A stretch of DNA of 36,115 nt from Catajapyx aquilonaris (taxonomy: Eukaryota), in the NCBI GenBank assembly GCA_000934665.2, contig KZ539029.1:1-36115 (forward strand), given 5' to 3'. Shown piece after piece: positions 1 through 11,300 of this stretch; position 1 is the first letter of the stretch; each line of letters begins with the position of its first letter. Both the position numbers and the translations under genes were made by a program. Below the pieces are notes generated by a model that saw only the letters and a program-made list of their open reading frames with translations, searched no databases and was not told the DNA's origin.

Positions 1-203
1 TTCAGTTCTGGCACCTGCTAGGTAATTGGATATCTGTTGGTAATTTACGTTCAGGCTCTGCAGAGTGATATTTGTCTTACCTGCTCTGCAGGTGGAGAAC
101 TGTTTGAAGATCTGTATGACAAAAATTATATTAGATAAATGAAATTGAACAAAGATCAAAACTAAGGAAAAGTGATGTTGTATGCAGTGTATTCTAAGGT
201 ATA

Positions 204-321
204 TAGTCTGGTGACCCGGGGTAGCTTGCCCCCTGGGGTAACTTGTTGTTTACTGCTATCCTTTTACATATGTTGCCATGGTGTTTGCCCGGGGGCCAGC
301 TTACCCCGGGTCACCAGACTA
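204..321. mobile_element. Small MITE (about 115 bp) with TIRs GTCTGGTGACCCGGGGTA, flanked by TA
   Basis: tagtctggtgacccggggta ... taccccgggtcaccagacta, a perfect 20-bp inverted match including the TA. Confidence 0.8.
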
Positions 322-774
322 GGGGCCTAAGAGATAGGCTACTTTTCATCTCAATGTAAAATGAGCAAAGATGATTTTCACGTTTATAACATTACTTGTT
401 ATAAACTTACAGTAGCCTATGCCTACTATAGTAGCGGACCGGTTGCCAAATTTAGGCAACGCTGCTTGGCCCACCCACCCCCACTTGGATGTAGTACGAT
501 AGGCCCCTACCAGTTGGAGCATAGGCTGTCCCTCTGCACACTAGCCTACTGCTGTGCTTAGGGGGAAAGTAGTGCTGTACTACATATGCACGCTGGTGAT
601 GAGTCACCGCGCGGACAAAGCCCACCAGAGTGCTATGACCAGCGCATGTCTCGCCTCCATTGACGTGGGCCCACTGTCTCTGACCGCTCTGTCGTCTAAT
701 TATTGAACCGGGGAAAGTCGAAACTATGGAAACTACTATACCTAGGCCCGCTAGGCGATGAGTGTTGACGGACA

Positions 775-824
775 TTATATAGGTATAGGCATTATATAGG
801 CATTATATAGGCATTTAATATAGG
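775..824. repeat. Short tandem repeat of about 11 bp (ATTATATAGGC)
   Basis: Roughly four degenerate copies are visible. Confidence 0.7.
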
Positions 825-930
825 TTAAGTGGAAGGACAGAATTAGGGAATTAGTAGTATGATTGCAGAAATTTAGAAAAAGAATATATACCAGTATACC
901 TAAAAGCCTTATCCTCTCTTTCCGCTTATA

Positions 931-1503
931 CAGTTCAATCCGGATATCACAGCCTCGGCTATAACAGACTTTCGGTTATAGCAGACTCGAAAGGGCGGTC
1001 CCAACATACTTCCATGAGACCCTGGGCATTTTTACTCCTGATATAACAGACTCATTTTCACCTCACCTCTGGTATAACAGACCACATTATTTTCTTGTCT
1101 CCTCGGTGGAAAAAATGAACTGTTTTTTTTTATTACTCAGATTCCTTTCCCACGCGAGTAAAGCACTGAATACTGGAGCGGGGGTGATTATCCCACCTGT
1201 CACTGATCTAACACTTGCCGAAAATGTCATATTTTTCTGGTATATCTGGCAACAACGAGACGGCAGAAGAAAATGGCGGTTTTTTGGAGATTCTGACTAA
1301 GGTATGGATGTGCTAATTTTGCATATATATGGATAGTTTCATTAATCAATATGCAGTATAGTGCTGTGCATTATAAGCATATAAAATCAGAAAACTTGTG
1401 TATTTGTTGCAAAATTGGCGATTTGGCTATAATAGACCTCGGTTATAACAGACTGCATGTTTTCTTCGGTCCCTTGAAGTCTGTTATATTCGGATTCATA
1501 TCC
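931..1503. mobile_element. Tc1/pogo (Tigger-like) non-autonomous element
   Basis: TA|CAGTTCAATCCGGATATCACAG left end; repeated TATAACAGAC motifs; GGTCCC near both ends; degenerate right TIR CTGTTATATTCGGATT. Confidence 0.65.
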
Positions 1504-1585
1504 GTGAACACTAATCGCCTATAGGTACCTTTAGTAGTTACCATAGACCTTAGAGCTCTATGGTCTGGTAGTTACCAACTTACCA

Positions 1586-1877
1586 TACTCTCTAAAAAAT
1601 AAGAGTTAAATTAACTCTTTTAAACCTTGAAAGTGGTCATTACCAAAAATGAGTTATAATAACTCTTTCGCTGGAGTTAAAACAACTCTTTTAGTTAATT
1701 TCATCCTCCGAAAGAGTTATTCATTCACTCTTTCGGAGGATGAAATGAACTAAAAGAGTTGTTTTAACTCCAGCAAAGAGTTATTATAACTCATTTTTGG
1801 TAATGACCACTTTCAAGGTTTAAAAGAGTTAATTTAACTCTTATTGTGTATTTTTAACTCTATTTTTTTAGAGAGTA
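1586..1877. mobile_element. Near-perfect ~290-bp palindromic (foldback) MITE, TA|CTCTCTAAAAAA...TTTTTTAGAGAG|TA, CACTA/EnSpm-N-like termini
   Basis: Arms of about 130 bp match almost base for base around a loop near 1718-1726; internal GAGTTA/TAACTC repeats. Confidence 0.85.
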
Positions 1878-2556
1878 GTTTTTCACTTTCCCCGTTCAAC
1901 AATTAGAGGACATGTAGCTGTCAGAAAGGGTGGGACCCACTTCAACGGAGGCGAGACATGCGCTGGTCTTCGCCCTTGGTGAGCTTTTTCCGCGGTGACT
2001 CATCAGTCATCAGTTCATCACCAACGTACACGTACTACTACTTTCCCCCTGAGAGCAGCGGCAGTGTGCAGAGGGACAGCCTATGTGCCAACTGATGGTA
2101 GGGGCCTATTTAGGCCTACTACTTCCGGGGGGGGGGGGGGTGCAAGTAGTGTTGCCAAAATTTGGCAACACAAATTGATTGGCGATCGAATCACTGTGAA
2201 AACTTGAAATGCAGAGAGATCAGTTACATATGATTAATTCTTAGAGGTGTGACATATTAGAGATTGTATCCTTATTATGCTTATGAGGTGATTTTTTCCC
2301 ACAAATCTCTATATGACAGGAGTTGATCCATCAGAAGACTGACTTGACTATCAGAACGTAGAGGCCTTGTACTGTACAGTAGTTTCTACCAGGTTTCTAC
2401 AACTTTCTGACTCTCCGAAAAAGCTAACGAGGTGAAATGTCAGAAATCTGATTTGATCTTAGCCAAAATGCCCAGAAGCTATCATTTTTATCTACTGTTG
2501 TATGGTAGTCTCTATACGACTTTGGGATGCCTCACCAGTTTAATAATAATAACAAC

Positions 2557-2910
2557 GGGGAGACGGAGTGGCGCTGGCCACGGTAAAGTATGCGCCCACG
2601 CATGTAAGGGTCCCGGGTTCGATACCAAGCCTGGGCATCCCTCCCTTCATCTCGTGCAGAGTTAGGTCGTCTCTGATGGCTTCGTCTCCGGTGGAATCTC
2701 CGACAGACTAATTCCCCCGGGCGAGTTCACAAAATGTACCATAAACAGACATTGCACTTGCACTTTGCACAACCCCTCCAAGTCAATCGCTCGCGGTATC
2801 CGGGCGTTACGAAAAAGGACCATGCTTGTACATCTCCAGAAAGCAAATAAATAAGGTAGGCCTACTGTGCCAGATGCCCTCAGGGCGGTGTACTAAACCC
2901 TATCATTGTT

Positions 2911-2951
<41 letters not shown>
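2557..2951 (+). mobile_element. tRNA-derived SINE with (CAT)n tail
   Basis: A-box TGGCGCTGGCCACGG and B-box GGTTCGATACC (2616-2626); the body is homologous to 32919-33148; (ATC)n at 2911-2951. Confidence 0.75.
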
Positions 2952-3634
2952 GTGCTTTCACCCTTGTCGGGTATATCGCAGGGACTTTTATTGATGTTCA
3001 AACCAGTTTAATATGTAGTAGTAGTTGCATGCAAGTCCTTCAATAATATTATTAGGGTGTAAAGTGTAATACCACCATATGGTATGTTATAAAAATTATG
3101 CTATGTGCATAATACTGTATTACCTGTGTGAAGAGATGGGCAGTATTTAAATACAATTGTATTTAAATGCTTTTTAGTATTTAGAGATGTATTTATAACT
3201 ACATTGGTTCTCCTGTACTTAAATACTGTATTTCAGTATATTTCTGAGTATTTATATACAGAAGTATTTAAATACATACCATAAATACTTTCCCTAACTC
3301 CCTTTTAGTTTATATTTGTATAATATCTTAATTACGAAACCTAATGAAAGAAAAGCAGCTAATGAGCAGCTTTTTCTCCTGGCAGCTTGCAGCATGATAA
3401 TAATAGGTGGAGGAGACCAATTGGAAAGTATGGAGTTGGTGAGAGTGGAAACCCCTCAAGTAGGGATTTCTGTTATTAATTACACTGGCGAACAAAAATT
3501 TAAAAAAATTCTGTTGCATTAGATTTTTTCAACCGATTTTAAGTATTTTTTCAATGCTGATGTCCGATCTGAAATCTGTTTTCCTGTACATGCTCTAGTT
3601 TTCATGCAATTTGAAACTTGTGATTTTCGGGCGG

Positions 3635-3659
3635 GAGAGAGAGAGAGAGAGAGAGAGAG
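3635..3659. repeat. (GA)n microsatellite
   Basis: Direct observation. Confidence 0.95.
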
Positions 3660-3667
3660 GACACCCC

Positions 3668-3811
3668 CAAGGGGTTAACCACTTCGGTACTCCGGTGTAC
3701 CCTGTGGTACTCCCAGGTACTCCTTAGGTGCCTTACTCTTTGGTACTCCTTGAATTTGGTACTCCAGTGTTGGCAGTGTATACACTTTACAGTCGAGTGG
3801 TTAACCCCTTG
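3668..3811. mobile_element. MITE with CAAGGGG termini (P-element-like), copy 1, nested in the Chapaev-like element
   Basis: 16-bp perfect TIR caaggggttaaccact / agtggttaaccccttg; internal GGTACTCC repeats; homologous to 15066-15224. Confidence 0.85.
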
Positions 3812-4976
3812 GGACAGTGACGACACCCATTACTATTCACACTTGATTAAATATTAATTATTAAATTATTTAAATTAATTAATTAATTAATTATTTAAAT
3901 ATTAAATCATTAAGATACGTATGTCTACAAGTTTTAAAATTGAGACATTTTTTTAAAAATGTAACTTTTTTCAAACTTTATAGCATATTGTGATGCACCT
4001 ACGACCTTTTGTGAATAAAAAATGCATATATCTTTACCAAGACGGTTGTTTAAGCCTAATTTTAAGACTATGACCATGAATTCCTCAGAGAGATCGTCAT
4101 CATGCGACGCCAAAATGTCGCGAAATCTTTAAAAATTTGAATGGTAGAAAATCTTGAGCTTACAGAGAAAACTAACGTCAGGTTTTCAATTCCGCACACT
4201 CAAATTAGGTAAGAACTCTATTAATTCTACCAGAAATTTGTTTCCCAGTGTTATTATTAACTTACCCTTTTCCTGAAGTTGAAGTCTTGATAATATACTG
4301 TAGCTAATTATAGAATGGATCGGTAGTAGAAATCTGTTATGTTTTCTTATTTTTATCCAAGGAATTATGGTAAGAATTAAGAAATAATATTAGTTGCACT
4401 CTTGCATATTAACAAAAAATGTATTTGAAATGTATTTACAAAAGTATTTAAATACTTTTGATGTATTTCATATTTAGTATCTATAATTACTTTCTTATGC
4501 AGTATTCAGTATTTAGCATTTAATTACATTTTATGCAGTAGTTAGTATTTAGTATTTAATTATATTCAAGATTCAAGTATTTAGTGCCCATCGCTGCCTG
4601 CGTGTCACAAGCCACGAATCTTCAAGCCGCCTGCAATAAATCCTGTTACGGTACTGTGATAGTCTCATGTTGGTGACAGTGATGCAATTCCTTGCAAGCC
4701 TTTAATATAATAAATGTTGACTACAGAGAACCTCATTCCAAGAATTCATTCATTTCAGCAAGGACAATGAATGTCAGAATTCATGGCGTGCCAAACATTC
4801 CAGCTCTATGATGCAACTTTATGATTTTGCATGGTGAGGTTAAAAAAAGTCTTATGATTGTTGTTTTTATCCTAGCTTGTTTTCTGGATATTAGAATAAA
4901 CAAAACCTTTCGCGACAAGTTGATTTTCCCAGCCAGCATTCTTGCATAGTTGCATTCCCACATATTTGACTTCTTA

Positions 4977-5299
4977 ATAATAATAATAATAATAATAAGA
5001 ATAAGAATAAGAATAAGAATAATAATTCATACCCCGTTATCAGCCATCGGCTCTTTAGGGGGGAAGTTTGTTTTGTCTGGAACTCTTTGCTTTTCATTTT
5101 ACTGCGCTCTTTGGGATAGGATAGGGACGGATGGAAGCGGCTGTGGCCTATTAATTACGGAAGCAACTCCGGAATTTTCCTGGAAGGACCGTGGGAAACC
5201 ACAGAAAACCACGGTCAGAGTTGCCGGCCCCGGGATTCGAACCCAGGACCTCCCGATTAGCAGTCGGACGCCTTATCCACTATGCCAACCTGCTTCGGT
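4977..5299 (-). mobile_element. Full-length tRNA-derived SINE with (TTCTTA)n/(TTA)n tail and 18-bp TSD
   Basis: Minus-strand head TGGCATAGTGG...GGTTCGAATCCC; central GGTTTTCTGTGGTTTCCC..CCAGGAAAATTCCGG domain typical of arthropod SINEs; perfect TSD cacatatttgacttctta at 4959-4976 and 5300-5317. Confidence 0.9.
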
Positions 5300-5582
5300 C
5301 ACATATTTGACTTCTTACAACACGAATAATTATTGACTTCCCAAAGATATAGACAGTGTGTGAACACTATTCCACTACTTGTTCAAGGCTCGGCTGCACC
5401 AGAGCAGGATTCAGTTTTTTAAAACTTATGATATATCATATACTGTATTTGACCGCTTTGGCGCTATCGGATTCTGTAGTGCTTTTTTCCCTGTCCAACA
5501 AAGATCAGATACATTAAGATCCTGCAATATAATTATTGTTCCTGAATTCTGTGCTGGTGCGACAGACTCTGAGGCAGATATA

Positions 5583-5745
5583 CAGGATGATTCTATGGAA
5601 TCCGAACCCAAACATTCCTCAATAACTTTAATAATTATTGAAAAATTGACATGTACATTGTACATGTCAATTTTCATTGAGAACTATACAATAATTAAAA
5701 AGTTCTTGAGGAAGGTTTGGGTTTGGATTCGAGAGAATCACCCTG
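5583..5745. mobile_element. Palindromic Tc1/mariner-type MITE
   Basis: TA|CAGGATGATTCT ... AGAATCACCCTG|TA; the whole element folds back around ttgacatgtaca-t-tgtacatgtcaa. Confidence 0.8.
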
Positions 5746-6339
5746 TATTATGCAGTAAAAGTGTAAAACTCACCGCAAACGTATGCATGATTCGGCGACC
5801 CATATGGTGAGAACAAGGTGAGCCAATACTGGAGCCACTTTCATTGTTGTCGTTCTGCTAGCTGCTCTGACTCAACTCAAGTTTGACTGAAGCCACAGCA
5901 CTATATGCACCATGCCTGACGCGATTAATATGCAAAATTCATAGAAATTCATGGTATGCTAGAATTCGACGATTTTCTTATCGTAATTGCATTCATGTTG
6001 TTCTCACTGTGCATATTTGTGCCGACTTGTGAAATCCTGTGAGGTAGATTCCTGGCGGGCCCTCCGATAAGGACAGCTGTCGGAGTATGGAACAATGAGT
6101 TTGTATATGTAAATAGCATTCTTTTCGTCGTTTGTGTCCCTTGAAGGTTATTATTTTTTACATCCATTACTTTGTATTTTGCAAGTGTCTTTTTAGCACC
6201 TAATGCTAATGGCCTGTAACATAATATTGTCGCGTGCAAACAATAGTTTGATTCTCAAAATAATATGGCATTACTATTCAATACTGTACAAATTAATTTT
6301 GATGTCATGGTATACAGTCATATACCATGCCATTTTAAA

Positions 6340-6900
6340 CAAGATGGGCAAGTCACGCGAGCGTGATTCGATAAGACTTTTTCTCATTATTTCAAGTATG
6401 AGCATGTGAATAGATATATCAACAACAACAACATCACGACATTTTGAATAGATATATCGATACCAAGATATCGTAAACTAGGCAGCGTATCGATTCCAGC
6501 AGTATCAGCCTGGACAATAACATCATGGCGGCCGAGATGAGCATTGCAAACAGTCATGTCCAACGTCAGGAATTAATTCCACAGCCCCTGTGCCAGAGCG
6601 CCAGATAAAAATCCTGGGTAAATCCCCGACAGACTTGGTCAGGAATCCACGGAAACTAATTTCGAAATTCAACGATAACCCGCCCGTAAAGTAGACCTGG
6701 GCTGATAGAGTGAACCCGGGAAACCGGAAGTGACGGGTCACCGGAAGTTGACCATGAAATCTATTTAGGTCACGCTTAATCCGAAAACCGTCTGTCGCAA
6801 TCTCTTTCGGTTTAGGACCTGATACCTGTCGACAGACAGACAGACGGACGGACAGGCAGAGCCGTTCTATAAGACTTTTTTTCGATGAGAAAAGTATAAA
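6340..6900 (-). mobile_element. DINE-1-like non-autonomous Helentron-associated element (HINE)
   Basis: On the minus strand: T-run, 5' subTIR ATACTTTTCTCAT with adjacent partial IR, (GTCC/GTCT)n microsatellite (6833-6855), 3' subTIR ATGAGAAAAAGTCT, and terminal stem-loop TCACGC-TC-GCGTGA followed by CTTG-TTT. Confidence 0.7.
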
Positions 6901-7194
6901 AAACAACCATCTCATCAGATGTAGGAGGCAGTCTTCAAGGCGATGGGAGTATCTTATAGGTTGTATCCACGACATAAATCGTAGATTATAGTGCATTATT
7001 TGAGCAATACCGGTATTACTAATTATTATCTTAGTAACTTGGCTAGAGATACAAACAATGACACCTCCACACATGGAGAGTTTTTAAGAGTCCTGCAAAA
7101 TAAACAATACCTACGCGAGCTTACTGTAGACTTTCAGGGGATCTTTTCACCGCACGATTATTTCGATTCATTGCCTGCGCTGCGTTGCTGATTG

Positions 7195-7378
7195 ATTTTA
7201 ATATTATCGTGGGAGGAAACTGGAGAAAACCTCGAGAACACCCGCAGTACGGAAAACAACCATCGAAAGTGGAAAGACTTGCAATGAAATTAGTGTGTCC
7301 TCTGTCCCGGGGATCGAACTTGGGACCTGATGGGTGGAATGCTGTGGCGCTATCCATTATTTGCACCAGTGCCGCACC
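7195..7378 (-). mobile_element. Degenerate tRNA-derived SINE with V/Meta-SINE-like central motif
   Basis: Minus strand has B-box GTTCGATCCC followed by GGGTGTTCTCGAGGTTTTCTCCAGTTTCCTCCCAC. Confidence 0.6.
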
Positions 7379-7412
7379 GTGTCGGCAAACCAGAACAGAC
7401 GAGGCGAGGATG

Positions 7413-7486
<74 letters not shown>
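7413..7486. repeat. (AAT)n microsatellite
   Basis: Direct observation; it explains the poly-I/N/Y/L ORFs. Confidence 0.97.
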
Positions 7487-7487
<1 letters not shown>

Positions 7488-7489
7488 GA

Positions 7490-7947
7490 TATAGTACAGT
7501 ACGTCTGGTACATGGCAATTTTTGCCGGAATGCTGCACTTTTTGATTGGAATATTTCACTTTCAGGGATCATAGATGACCACTTCCACTAACCGAAAAAA
7601 ATCATCCAGAAAAGGCCTCATTTTCAGCCATTTCCAGATTTTTGCGATTTATTGCCTCGTCATAGTATTTCGCAATGTGGCTTATATTTTATAAGCAGCA
7701 TTACGGAATAGGTGAGTACATATGTGATTATGTTCACCAAGATCCGAGAAGGTCTAGCAACATTTAGGCCCACTTGATTCGGAAAGACCCCTAGTAAACC
7801 GCTCCAAACTTTGAAACTATATAACTCAAAAACTGTGCCTGATAGAAACCTTCTGAGCAGATATTCGAATTCAGCGCAGAAAGTACAATAGGAATCACTA
7901 TTCAAATCATCAGAAAAGAGACAAAAGTGTTATTTTGTAGAACAGTG
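7490..7947. mobile_element. Right-end fragment of a Chapaev-3-like element
   Basis: Ends TTTTGTAGAACAGTG|TTA, similar to the terminus at 4250, with a subterminal GAATTCAGCG motif; no left terminus seen. Confidence 0.5.
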
Positions 7948-8354
7948 TTATTATTATACTGTACTATACAATCATCACCTATGGATTCTAGGACATTCCT
8001 TAGCCATATGATTTGCACACCTGCCATTACTTCCTCAGGAATATTCCGCTTAGCTGCCCTTCAAGTGCAGGTTGATACCATCAGGTGGCGCTGAGGTACT
8101 GTTGGGCAACCGAAGAATAAGAAGGGGTTGATGGCTAGCCGAAGGGGGTGAGGGGGTGAGGTGCACGAGGCAGGGCCCCCGGTTGGAAACACGAAACAAC
8201 AACCGAAGGAGTTGAGGCCGAATCGTCCTGGGAGAATGAAGCGCAGGAGGTGGTTCTTATTATTATCGGTCTGACCAACAATTGAAGGCCCCCTTCCCCA
8301 TCCCCCCGCAACAATTAGTGCGGTTGAAATGTGCAGGATACAAGGTCCAGCGAG

Positions 8355-8397
8355 ATGAGTCGCCTTCTTCTGTGTCTTCTGCTGTGCGCTGCTGCAG
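8355..8397 (+). CDS. pwn: pawn-like exon 1 (signal peptide MSRLLLCLLLCAAAG)
   Basis: ATG, hydrophobic core, strong donor CAG|GTAAGA in phase 1. This matches the phase-1 acceptor TTGCAG|GC at 20983/20984 and gives MSRLLLCLLLCAAAGSCSA-HS. Confidence 0.75.
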
Positions 8398-11300
8398 GTA
8401 AGAAAAAAAGACACTGTTACACAATCGATGTGGTGGGGTTATTGCACTGTGGGAGAGAGAGAGAAAAAATATTAATAAGACACTCGAGACACTTATGGGG
8501 ATGGATTATTTTAGATTTTTTTTTTGTGGGGAGGAAGTGATATTTCTTATGTATTAAGATGTGGTATCTTGACGGAGGGCAGGTACGTAAAAATGCTCGG
8601 AAGCACGATCCGGAATCCCGTTATGCGCTCCAGGTGAAGGGTAACTTTTTTCCCTTGATTTTTTTATGCCCTTGATGCCAACGCGTCAAGTAATGAAGTT
8701 TTTAATTCGCTCTTGGTATTTTTGGAATTTATGAATGAAAACTAGTGATGAGTTATTTGGAAAAACCTCCAGTGTTTGCCTAATTCAATCCATTGGCAAT
8801 ATTTTGAGGTGCACAGTGTCCGAATATCATGCAATTGTGATTATGCACATAATATTTGTGCCTGTTTTTGGCGAATAGTTATAGATGCTTCAGATGGCAA
8901 CATGAATAGGGTATGGCATAGATATTGTTGCATTATTTGGATTTTTAAAAGAAATCGTATATTAATTTTGTGGTGATTCGATGAAGTTATAAAAGACATC
9001 AATTTCGGCTGATCGTAAGGGCGACGAACATATAATTCGTAATCAAAATTATATCAGTAGGGATCTTATTATTATACCGTACTGTAATAGTGTATACCTT
9101 ACAGATTGAAGTCAAGAATGTACAAAAAATCTCTGCATATTGTATGGTCGTTTTTTTTTTTTACTTCTGCAATTAAGTTACTATAAATAGCGTGTCTCTG
9201 TTAGTGGGATTTTCCCGTAGCTTTCACATGAGGTGCGCTGTTACTAGTTGCTACACTCTACTATTCCAGAAAAGGAAAAAAAAACATGGCCAAGGTTCTT
9301 TCCAATAAACGCCAGGCACGCACAAACCTTTGACCAAAATCGTAGTATATACGTACAGTATAACGTTCTTCTTGCAGAAATGCTCTTGCAACAAAATTAA
9401 CTTATAAGTAGTGTAGTATTTAGTGTCCTTATGGAAATGCTATACTGAATGTTTACAATCCTTATTAAGGAGTTTGACAAAGTATTACAGAACACTCAAT
9501 ATGTCACTCAGGATAACCCCCCTGCTGATTCCTCAACATCTGCTGTTGTTTTGATAAAACGTTTGACTGACTGGCTCATGACCGGAATAAAATGCGAACA
9601 GATGCTAGATAACAAACCAAGTCCAGAAAAAGCCACCCTTTCGTGCAGCAGGAGTTAAGCGCAAAGCAATTTGCATAATTCCCTGCATGGACTACAATTA
9701 ATGCCAAAAAAAAATACGGATGTGGAAATGTACACTTCCTGATGAGCTTCTGAGAGGGATGCTGAGTACATTGTTGTATCAGTGCGACAAAGTAGGGCAA
9801 CTCGTGAGGAAGCTGATGGTCGCATCCGGAGGGCCTACTTTTCCGGAACTGCAGCTCTCAAGCCAAGAAAACACGGGATCGGAGGGGGGGGGGGGTGAGC
9901 TTTCTCTGTCTACCCAGCCATAGTATATGTCATTATCAGCAATGGAAATGGTATGCTTCTATTCCCCTCCCACACCTACCCTCCTACCACCCACCCACAA
10001 CCTGGTTCTTTCTCCGTGAACACGGATCTAATGCATTGGGATGAGCCTTCCAACGCCCATAAGCTTTCTCCCATTTCTCCTTTTTTGTCGGAAAAATCAT
10101 CCTACCAGTGGACAGTGCCAGGGAAAAGTACTATAACCAAAATGCATTGTTGCACTTAAAAAATGAAACATCCCTGGTTTCCAAATGCCATTTTTTCAAT
10201 GAATTAATCTGATGCTATGGGATTCTACTGCAATAATTCAGTAATAGCTAGCGTATTCACACGATAGGCGTAATATCTTTGTGGTCCAAAGGTTCTCAAG
10301 GTGCAGCCTTGGAAAAAATTACGGTGCATTGGCTTCATGGTTGCTCCTTATTTTGGTTATGTAGGCTTCTGGGAAACTCTTCAAAAATTCTCCCTCCCCA
10401 TGAAGTCGTGAAGAATATTATTATTTTACTTATTATTTCAACCTTAATTTTTGTAACGCATGAGCTGTCCATTATTCTATAATTTTATGCAAATTGTTTA
10501 ATAACGCAACGAACCTGATGGTACCGGAATAAATATCTCATACGTATATAAGCCTAGATCTTCCCTTCAACGGGAACTGTAATAAAAAGTCAAGCTATTC
10601 AAGTGTAGGGCCTAATGTCCAAGATAAGATCGGAGTAAAGAAGACACCGAATTATTGGGATATTTTAATAACCATCATGCTGCACTTATTCGAGATATTA
10701 ATTTTCCCCCCAAGTCTTTCCACGAATGGTACACATACCGGTATATCATAACAATTTTGATGAATTTTAAGAGCATTAAGTTATTTCGCAAACTCCACTG
10801 CTCTATATCATCAACCTGATATCAGTGCTTTTTCACCACAGATCGCCTCCGCTTTCATGTCTCTCGGAAAAACCCATCCGGAACAAAACAGTGGAAATTC
10901 CCCGACACCCTTGCACCATACCGATTTTCTCCAAAACACTTAGAAAACGAAATGGCCAAGCGATAACAAGGATGCAGTGTGTGTGCGAGTGGGTCACGTC
11001 CATGAACAAGGAGAACTCTAGAAATTCCACCTCTTCAAAACTAGGCCGTATTTACGTCATTTCGGCCCCCATGCAGCAGATGTCTGAAAGGACAATCCAA
11101 AGACGCGTATAAGTGCCACTCTTAACATGGATCATATTGTTGCATTTATGTCCTTTACCTGGCACAGTTACATGCCCCTTTTGGCTTAGCTGGTAATTTT
11201 CTACATTGCGCCCCAGTTAGGTCAAGTTTGTCGTGTCGCGATGAGGCCGAGAAGTTTTGCAAGAAACGACCAAACTGGCACTCCCTTGACTTGATAATCA

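Larger units (their letters stand above)
442..2171. mobile_element. Old foldback-type element or pair of inverted copies: diverged ~250-bp inverted repeats at about 442-690 and 1916-2171 enclosing younger insertions
   Basis: cataggctgtccctctgcacact vs agtgtgcagagggacagcctatg; accagcgcatgtctcgcctcc vs ggaggcgagacatgcgctggt; both outer ends carry a gttgccaaa..tt.ggcaac mini-palindrome. Confidence 0.65.
3483..4250. mobile_element. Chapaev-3-like (CMC) non-autonomous element nested in the hAT
   Basis: Termini CACTGGCGAACAAA / TTTGTTTCCCAGTG, both flanked by TTA (3-bp TSD). Confidence 0.75.
3131..4596. mobile_element. Non-autonomous hAT element with nested insertions
   Basis: TIRs (A)AGAGATGGGCAGTA / TAGTGCCCATCGCTG; 8-bp TSD cctgtgtg (3123-3130) / cctgcgtg (4597-4604); many subterminal GTATTT/AAATAC repeats. 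Confidence 0.8.

Noticed and set aside
3684..3770. Regularly spaced GGTACTCC repeats suggesting a CRISPR-like array
   Set aside because: The 8-bp repeats have short irregular spacers and lie inside a eukaryotic MITE; no cas genes are present.
6860..6925. Minus-strand CTGATGA-GATG...CATC-GAAA...GTC resembling a hammerhead ribozyme core
   Set aside because: Stems I and III do not pair; the pattern arises from the HINE terminus plus flanking sequence.
7121..7591. ORFs with poly-I/N/Y/L runs (also 2826-3011, 4891-5336, 14741-14964)
   Set aside because: These are translations of microsatellites and SINEs, not genes.
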